A stretch of 64,000 bases of DNA. It comes from Octopus vulgaris. Its lineage: Eukaryota. Below are positions 55,174 through 64,000 of this stretch, one piece after another. The notes under the pieces are model-generated. The model was not told the DNA's origin. It worked only from the letters and a program-made list of their open reading frames with translations, and made no database searches. Position 1 is the stretch's first letter. Each line of letters begins with the position of its first letter. The stretch spans positions 93,992,001 to 94,056,000 of the forward strand of contig OX597819.1 in assembly GCA_951406725.2 (NCBI GenBank), in the 5' to 3' direction. The translations under genes were made by a program, and so were the position numbers.

Positions 55174-56319
55174 TGCAGCAGCAATGTTCAGAGGAATGAA
55201 TAAGCTCTGGGTCAGCCCACTAGTCCTGGGGGCTCTGGAAAGTGTCTTGAGCACTGCTGTTCTTTCTTGACTGAAATATGGAAAAACAAAAATAATGATA
55301 ATTCAGCCATAGATCTTCTCCAACAACTCATGCAGATTTCCAGAATAATTCAACTAGTGTGTAAAAACGAATGAGGAATGAGTTTTGGAAATCTGGATCC
55401 ATATCAAAAATAGCTTTAAGCAGAAAAAGAAAAAAAAAAAACTTTCAAAACATTGATTTTAATTTGTGTTTATTTTATCTTTGTTTTTTTTTCAGGTATC
55501 TTCTGGTTTAATTCTAAGCTGATATTTCTTTAGTGGGTTTTTTTTTTTTACTCTTAATCAGATAATGTTAAGAATTTATGTAGTGTACTAACATGTAGAT
55601 TGATAAAAGTGAACTGCAGAAACTGCTTTACCATAATCTTAAGATATGGAAGAACATCAATAAAAAAAGATATCCCAAGCATTTCTGTCCGTCTGTTTGT
55701 GTGCACATTGGTGTGTATGCATGTGTGTGTGTGGTATGTGCGCATGCGTGTGCGTGTGTATGTGTGAGAGAGCGTATGTGTGTGTGAGCATATGTGTGTG
55801 TGAGTGTATGTGTGTGTGTGTGTGTGCATGCAGACACATTTCTTTTTGTGTTGCTATGGCCTAATGTTTACTTTAGCGCAAGTAATAAAATGAGATGTTC
55901 ACTTTCTGAGAGGAAAAGATAACAGAAATCATTGTTTAGTTTTTTAAGAAAATGATTTAATTATTAGCGAAAGACTCATTAGAAGAGGAAGGATTTATTA
56001 ATTAAGCTTGGAGAACAGATACAAGATGGTAAATTAGTACAAAGTGAACAAGTGCAAAAACCAATTTCTATAGGGAACAGATTCAAAGGAAATGCCAAAA
56101 CTAGGGAGCAAATTAGAATTAGTGAGGGAATAACTTCTTTACATTACCAAAACAGGAAATCTTGATAAATGGTCTTTCCACAAGAGAGAACTTGAAAAGG
56201 TGAAATCAAAATGGGATAGTAGTTATCATTTTTGGTTATGAATCAGGTGATTTAATATCTTAGCAGATCATACTTGAAATATACCAGGATCTATAACAAT
56301 ATTTATATGATCATCATTA

Positions 56320-56777
56320 TAGTCATCGTTTGATGTCTGCTTTCCATGCTGGCATGGGTTGGCTTGTTTGACTGAAAACTGGCAAGCTGGGAAGTGGCAC
56401 CATGCTCCAATCTGATTTGGCAAGGTTTCTACAGTTGGATGTCCTCTAAGAGTGTAGTGGGTGCTTTTACATGCCACTGGCATGGGAGCCTGTCAAGTGG
56501 CACTGGCATTGATCACACTCAAATGGTGTTTTTTACATGCCACCAGCATGGGTACCAGTCAGGTTGCACTGGCATTGGCTGCAACTATGATTTTACTTAG
56601 TTCAACAGGTCTTCACAAGCATGACATATTGCCCAAAGATTGAAGGGTGCAACATTGGCGTCAACCATGACTATGATCTCACTTGGCTTGTCTGGTCTTC
56701 TCAAGCATGGCATATCTCCAAAGGTCTCAGTTGCATGCCTTTTTCACTATATATATGAGAGTGTGTGTATCTGTATG

Positions 56778-56812
<35 letters not shown>

Positions 56813-56965
56813 ATTATCATCATCATCACCATCATCGTTTAATGTCCGCTTCCCATGCTAGCATGGGTCGGACAGTTTGACATGGAGCATTGTCCAGCTG
56901 GGCACTGTCCAGACTCCAATTGTCTGTCATGGCATGGTTTCTGCAGTTGAATGCCCTTCCTTATT
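56320..56965 (-). mobile_element. (GAT)n-tailed retroposon 3' ends, probably RTE-related (copies also ~4290-4500, 43545-43920, 54530-54720, 61612-62176 -; 20630-20832, 27060-27342 +)
   Basis: Recurrent catcatcgtttaacgtccgctttccatgctagcatgggttggac...gctggatgcccttcctaatgccaacc. Confidence 0.7.
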
Positions 56966-58133
56966 GACTATAGTACTGCTAAGCAGGGGAACTGAACCCA
57001 AGATCACATTGTTGATAAGTAACCACACAGCCTCACTTGTTATATAATAAATATATATAAAAGATAAATGTGTGTGTGTGTGTGATGTCTGTGTGTTCAT
57101 AAGAGCTAAATAAAAATCATACATGAGTAAAGAGAATTTAGTGACATTGCCTTTGGATCCCTTATCTTAAATTTGTCTTAAGTTTCTCATTATGTCCCTG
57201 ACCATAACAGAAACTTAATTAAACTGTTATTACAAATCTGGAAAAGTTCGATCTTTATGGATACAAGTATGACTGTAAAAGGTTTGCTTCGTAACCACAT
57301 GATTTTGAATGCCATCTCTCTGGGCAAATATCTCTGACTATAGACTTAGTTTGGCCAGAGCCTGGTGAGAGGAATTTGACCAACAGAAACTATGTGAAAT
57401 CTCAACAGAGAGTTTCATTCCAGTTCTTGGATGGTAGATTAAATGCAGCACGCAATTAAACACCACTACCAAGACCTTGGATACCTTTAGCAGATTAAAC
57501 TCTATTAGAGGCATTATGGTCAGTTCTGCAGTCTGAGAATAACTTTTTTCTTGCCTCTCACTATTTTCAAACCCTGGAAAGTGTCATGACTGCTGACCTT
57601 CCTCTTCTGATTAAGTTACATAAAAATTTTCAAAAATAAGCATTTAATTTTAGTGAAACTGTTTTCCTTGCCAACTAATAGGATGTTTTTTAAAAAATGT
57701 TTACAGTTCAGTTGAATTGGTGAAGGCAGTAATTTTTGACAAAAACTGACAGTTTATTATTAAAAAAGAAAATAAATTTTCCGTGTTTTAGAGAGTTTTT
57801 CTGAAATTAACCTAAGGTTCAATTTAAAAGTTATTTTAGGTTAACCTACCAGTTTGGTATCCTGGTTGTTTAACACTAATTTGGTATGGTATTTTTTTAA
57901 CATAGTGATTTAAAATGTCAACTTTTAGCATTGTAATTTAAAATGATATCTAAAAGAATATTCCAACAGATTAGGAATTTTTACATTAAGTTCAAAAAGA
58001 CAAGCTACTGAGCTACACAACTGTTTATGCAAGAGCTGAGAAGTTGTGTCCTGTAGTGGTTTAATTAGGGGTAGGAAGGGTGGCATCATGTAAGGCCTCC
58101 AAACCTGGTGGACAAAATTAAGGAATGTCATTA

Positions 58134-58320
58134 ACTTGTTTCAGTCATTGGACTGTGGCCATGTCGGGGCACTGCCTTAAAGTGTTTTTTAATCAAATGA
58201 AATGCCCCCAGTACTTATTGTTTGAACCTGGTACTTATTCTATCAGTCACTTTTGCTAAACCAAGTTTTGTGGGTGTAAACAAACCAACACTAGTTATCA
58301 AGTGGTTTATTGAGTGATGA

Positions 58321-58397
<77 letters not shown>

Positions 58398-58556
58398 CAG
58401 GCTTTCATAGAGTTTCTGTCAACCAAATTCACTCACAAAATATTGGTCATCCAAAGGCTATAGTAGAAGACACTTGTCCAAGGTGCTGCACAATGGGACT
58501 GAACTGGAAACCACATGGTTTCAAAGCAAACTTCTTAACCACACAGCCATGCCTCT
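58134..58556 (-). mobile_element. SINE family A-related copy (older copies also at ~17145-17532 +, 31364-31742 -, 37535-37885 -)
   Basis: Reverse-complement similarity to the family A head and tail, with an internal (CA)n. Confidence 0.8.
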
Positions 58557-61026
58557 GCCTTGTTGATAAACCCATAGTGGAAACTTTGTTTGAATGCTAG
58601 CAACAGAAGCAGCTCTACTAAAGGAAAGAACTCAAGACTAAGCAGTGGTTTGAATATCAGGCAAAGAGAATTGAATGCATTCCAGGTAAAATGCTCAGTG
58701 GCATTTTGTCCATCTTTACATTCAGCATTGAAATTCCACCAAGGTCAACTTTACCTTTTATCCTTTTGGGGTCAATAAAATAAGTACTAGTTGAGTACCA
58801 GGGTCGATATAATCAACTTACCCCCTCCCCTTGTGCGAAAATTTGAAATTTGAAACCAATATCAGATAATGAATTAGATTACCCTTTAAATCCAACCTTC
58901 TTCTTTCTTCATGCTGTGTGTTCTAGCTCATGTGAGCAAGCTTATTCAAGATGTTTGTAAAACCTTACAGCCATATGTCACTTCACATTGGTTCACAACA
59001 TTGTCAGTTCACAACGTAGGTGTAAATCTACATAAAAAATGCAAACAGGATTTACTTCAGTAATTTATTCCCCACCAAGTTTTCATGGACATTAGTATTC
59101 TCATAACTCATTGTAGATAACGAAGTCTACTACTAATTATAGAAAACAGATCAAAGAGACAACCATTTAAAATGCTTATCTGTCATGTTCATTATACACT
59201 TAACTGTTGCAATAGGATATAATAAATGTTATGAGTTTTGCCATGACTAACATGACTACAATAAAGAGAATGTAATGTTAGGACAGTCGAACAATTAATA
59301 TTGAAAATTATTCTCATGTCAAGAAAAAATGAATTTCTTTTATTATAATTAAATCATATACATAAGCAATTTTAGTTACACTTTGCCTTTATGTTAGTCA
59401 TAATATCTTGACCTAGAGACACATTGATCCAACAAGAGAGCTTCTGTGTGGTGACTGTTAGAAATAGCAGTTAAATTTCCCTCAAATCACATCCTACTAT
59501 TCTGAAAAGTGAAAGATATATTGGATATTGTAGTCCTAAATGCACTGTTTTTGAATAAAAGATGAGATGCTCATAGCAACTGCAGATAATCAAAGGTTTG
59601 TTGACCAGGATTAAACTTAGGCTATACTACACTTACGAAGCTAAGGCAAAGCAAAGTTACAGTTGAGTCAAAGCCAATATATTTAATGCCGAATGCGATG
59701 CAGAGTGGCACATGGAGTGACCAGATAGTCGCAGCCATCTTTACTTGATTTTCTCACTAATTTTTGAGCAGATCTCCATATAGGCATTCGTTCGTCATAT
59801 GTTGCTGCCATTTCACATTTAGCACCATTTATAGGATCTTTGTGTAGCAGCCATCTAGTCTGTTTGATAATTTCTTTGTCAGTGTCCATGTTTCACTGAG
59901 TGAGGCAGTGAGGACTGAATTAGTCTTCTCCTACAGAAGAGTCCCACTTGTGGTTTCTTTCGACCGCAACCACATTGGTTCCAAATTTTGGCACAAGGCT
60001 TGCAATTGAGCGGGGAAGGTGCAAGTTGATTACATTGAATCCAGTGCTCAACTAGTACATATTTTATCGAACCTGAAAAGATGAAATGCTAAGTCAATCC
60101 CAGCAGCATTTGAACTCAAAACATAAAGTCAGAAGCAATGTCACTAAGCATTTTTTCCAGCATAGTAATGGTTCTGCCAATTCACCACCCAAAACCACAG
60201 CCACATTGAGCTAGTTTCAACTGTTATGCCTATCTCCTTGGTGGCATTCTTCAGTTGCTGAAGTAAGGCATTTTAGTTGATCAAACAACTGAATGCTTAT
60301 TGTTTAAACCAAGGGGGAATGCATCACCACCATCATTATCAGCATTTAATGCATGGAATATAAATTATGATAATGAAGAAAAGAATTATACAGTAACAAA
60401 AAAAAAAAGTAGAAAATCCCATTAGTTATTGACTAATGTTATTTCAGCAAGTCCAGGAGACAATTCCTTTTTGTATTACATTTAATTGTTCAGCAAAGAA
60501 GTAATGAATCTTCAAAAACACGACCAAATGTACACAGCCTCATTATTGCTATCTGGCATTGTTGCACCACACAGGCAAATACCTGATTGCTGACAATATA
60601 TTTCGCACATGTTAAATTACTTACAACTGCACAGATCAAAGTGCTGCTACTCTGGTTGTGAGACCAGGCAAACTATAATAATGTTTACTATTCTGGAGTT
60701 CTAACAGACAGAGTTAAACAAAACTAGCTTTGTTTGTCAAAGAAATGTGTCCAGTGTCTAATAAAGTGCCATAGTGACAGAGAATAATTGATGCATTAAC
60801 TTCCTAAGCATTTGGCAAGGGGATACTGAAAATATACTTCCTTCCTTTTGCCACATTATCTCTCTCTCTCTCTTCCTCCCTCTCCCTCTCTCTCTCTCTC
60901 TCTTTATTCCAATGCATTCATTATTTCCATTTCTTTCTCTTCTTATATCTCTTTCACATATCACTATATACATGTTTGTGTGTGTGTATGTATGTATGTA
61001 TGTATGTATGTATGTATGTATGTATG

Positions 61027-61057
<31 letters not shown>

Positions 61058-61134
61058 TTATATATAGAGAGAGGGAGGGGGAGACAGATAGATAGGGAGG
61101 AGGGAGAGAAGGATATATATATATATATATATAT

Positions 61135-61169
<35 letters not shown>

Positions 61170-61459
61170 TTGCAACATATACATATATAACTATATATGT
61201 GTATATAAAAATCATATGTGTGAGATTACAAAACTCTCTGCATGATTTTACCCCTGAGATAAATTAATAAATTATTTATGATTAAAATATAAAATGGGAA
61301 ATAACTCAGGACTAATACTGGGGATCTGGATAAACAGAGTTCTCAAGTTGATGTAATAAATGGCGTGCTTTTTAAGCGGAAGAAAGCAAACAAAAATTTA
61401 TAAAAATTGTTAGCAACTCTGAAAGGTAAAGGGAAATAAATTAGGAAAATAAGAATCTT

Positions 61460-62253
61460 TTAACCATTTAGTATTTTAACAGGGCACATCAGATCCAAAT
61501 ATTCTACCTGTTTTATATTCAAACTGGCCAGATTTGGCCTCTCACACCATCCTTAGAATATCCTTCTAAAAATTCCCTGTTACTTCATCTAAATCTCAAA
61601 AGCTACAAGACCATCATCATTATCATTGTTTAACATCCGCTTTCCATGCTAGCATGGGTTGGACGATTTGACTGAAGACTGGTGAACCAGATGGCTGCAT
61701 CAGACTCCAATCTTGATTTGGCAGAGTTTCGACAGCTGGATGCCCTTTCTAATGCCAACCACTCCAAGAGTATAGTGGATGCTTTTATGTGCCACTGGCA
61801 CGAGGGCCAGTCAGACAGTACTGGCAACGGCCACGGAAAAATTGTTTTTTTTTTTACATGTCACCGACACACCAGCACAAGTGCCAGTAAGGCGATGCTG
61901 GTAACGATCATGCTCGAATAGTGATTTTTACATGCCACCAGCATGAACACCAGCTAGCCACTCTGGCAACGATCATGCTCAGATGGTGCTCTTAGTGTTC
62001 CACTAGCACGGATGCCAGTCATCGAATTTGATTTTGATCCCGATTTCACTTGCCTCAACAGGTCTTCACTTCACAAGCAGTGTTCAATGAAGGGAAGGTA
62101 CGCATAAGTGGGCTGGTTACACCCCTGGCTTAAGCCACAAGGTTATGGTCTCACTTGGCTTGCTGGGTCTTCTCAGATATGCAAGATTAATTCAATTCAT
62201 GTGAATAAAGAAGCATTACTTTGGACAGGATAATGTGACTGCTAAAGAGTTAA
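61460..62253 (-). mobile_element. TTAA MITE copy interrupted by a ~570-bp retroposon (61612-62176)
   Basis: MITE halves at 61460-61611 and ~62177-62253 flank a (CAT)n-tailed element. Confidence 0.7.
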
Positions 62254-64000
62254 AGTTAATTCATATGCCTTGGAGTAATAAAGCCTAAATGCATATAAAA
62301 AATACAGCCAACAATGACTCAAAAGTGAGTTTGGAATTATAAAATCTCATGCATTTTTTTGACAAACTGTAGACACATTTTCAGCTCTTGACTCAGTAGA
62401 AGACACAAGATGTGATAGGTAGCAGGAGAGGGTTGCACCAGCTTGTATTCCTAGGAGCTGAGAAGAGTGGAGCAATGTGAAATGAAGTACACTGCACAAG
62501 ACCATAGCACATCAATTCATTAATTGGTCCAGGAACTGATATTATGACCTTATGATCATGAGTAAACACTCTAAACATTAGGCCACACACTGTCAAAAAT
62601 TGAATATATTATTTGAATTAAAGATCGCATGTAAAAGGATACTATATTAGGAAGATCGTTGAGAGTATTAATTCAGCTGAGATTATTGTCAGCACTAAGT
62701 GGTATATATAAATTTAGAGTAATATAAATTAAAGATATTTTCTGCATAGAAACTGTATTAAATAGAGAATATACTTAAATTCAAGGACCACTTAGAGATT
62801 TCATGGAGACAGTTTAATCTAATATACAAAGTACTTTTACAACAAAGTGTCTGATCACCAAAGTATCCAACCATACAGACACATGCATCTATGTATACCT
62901 TAACATCATATATATATATATATGCAACTGCATTGCCAATTCAAAAATTGTTATCTTTCTTACATTACTCAAATAAACATAAAACCAAAAAAGCTTAATT
63001 GTTAATTTTCTGTCTTGGCCCAATCTGCAAAAAGACAGGATGATCATGGCTGGAATGTCTTCAATTATAGGCAGTATAATATAGGTGTTGATAAAATAAG
63101 TACCGGTGGAGCACTGATGTCAATGTTATTGACTAATCCTCTACCTCAAAATATTGCTCAACTTGTGCCAAAATTAGAAAGAATTATATTGTTATGTATT
63201 TGATCGGGGTATATTCACGAGCTAAATAACAACATTGGAAATGAATTCTTTTTATGTATATGGAACAGAAAGAAACACGCACAGACTACTATGTCAAGGC
63301 ATGCCACCCAATTATGTTGGACTAAACAAAAGTCTATGAGACTGAGAAAAACATATCTGCTACTCTGGGGTTATATTTTGATCCTAGATTCAGTCAGATA
63401 TATTCATGTCCAAAGCTGGCAAGAGAAGATGTGATGAGCTTTGCAGAAACACAAATTATTATTACTAATTAATTTAGATAGTGAGCTGAGTTCAAATTGC
63501 ACCAAGGTCAACTTTACCCTTCATTCCTCCAAACAAAATATCAATCAAGTGCTTAATCAGTGGCATCAACTAACCCTACCTCTCTCAAATTTCATGTCTT
63601 GTGTCTTTGCTATAAAGAATTACTTGGAAAATTTCCCAGGAATGCCTTCAGTATAAAAAGCAATATAAAGTGCTGGCTAACATACTTAATGTAATAATAA
63701 ACCAAAAAGTATTTCTAATCATTTAAAATTAATGTGTAACAATAAGAAAATTAACAGGTGTTGAAGACAATTCTTGTCAAAAATGACAAGGAAAAAACTC
63801 TGAAATTTAGATTGATTAAAAATTAACTAACAATATACAGTGGATAGTGAGTCTGACTTTTGGTATGTATGGTGACAACTGTAGTTTCATTACACTTCCT
63901 TGGTGAAGAATAGTCTGATATATAAATAATTAAGATCAGATTCTTGAAATAGATATTAAGAATCTCATAGCATTAACAGGAATAATTCTAACATAAGATT

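Noticed and set aside
61668-61685. LTEDW*, resembling the exon 13 selectivity-filter motif LTQEDWN
   Set aside because: It lies inside a multi-copy retroposon tail, lacks the Q and is followed by a stop.

Overview
AT-rich eukaryotic DNA dense in microsatellites and repeats. The repeat families look like those of Octopus genomes (inference). Almost all ORFs in the track are microsatellite or repeat noise. I can support only two host coding segments, both on the + strand: paralogous cassette exons at 30188-30329 and 52283-52601. Each encodes the domain II S5-turret-P1 segment of a T-type (Cav3) voltage-gated calcium channel. They match the mutually exclusive exon 12a/12b pair that switches Na+/Ca2+ permeability in protostome Cav3 channels such as Lymnaea LCav3. 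The 12a-like exon is canonical (CxxC...C, 47 codons). The 12b-like exon is unusual: 106 codons, lacking the central CxC motif, and carrying an in-frame, microsatellite-encoded Thr/Asn mucin-like turret with five N-glycosylation sequons. I did not find the flanking constitutive exons, so the whole window is probably intronic around this pair. The introns hold tRNA-derived SINEs, RTE and Dong/R4 LINE fragments, mariner and maT (DD37D) relics, TTAA MITEs, a Helentron-like element, a ~710-bp palindrome, and several Penelope-type minimal hammerhead ribozymes, one with an intact core.
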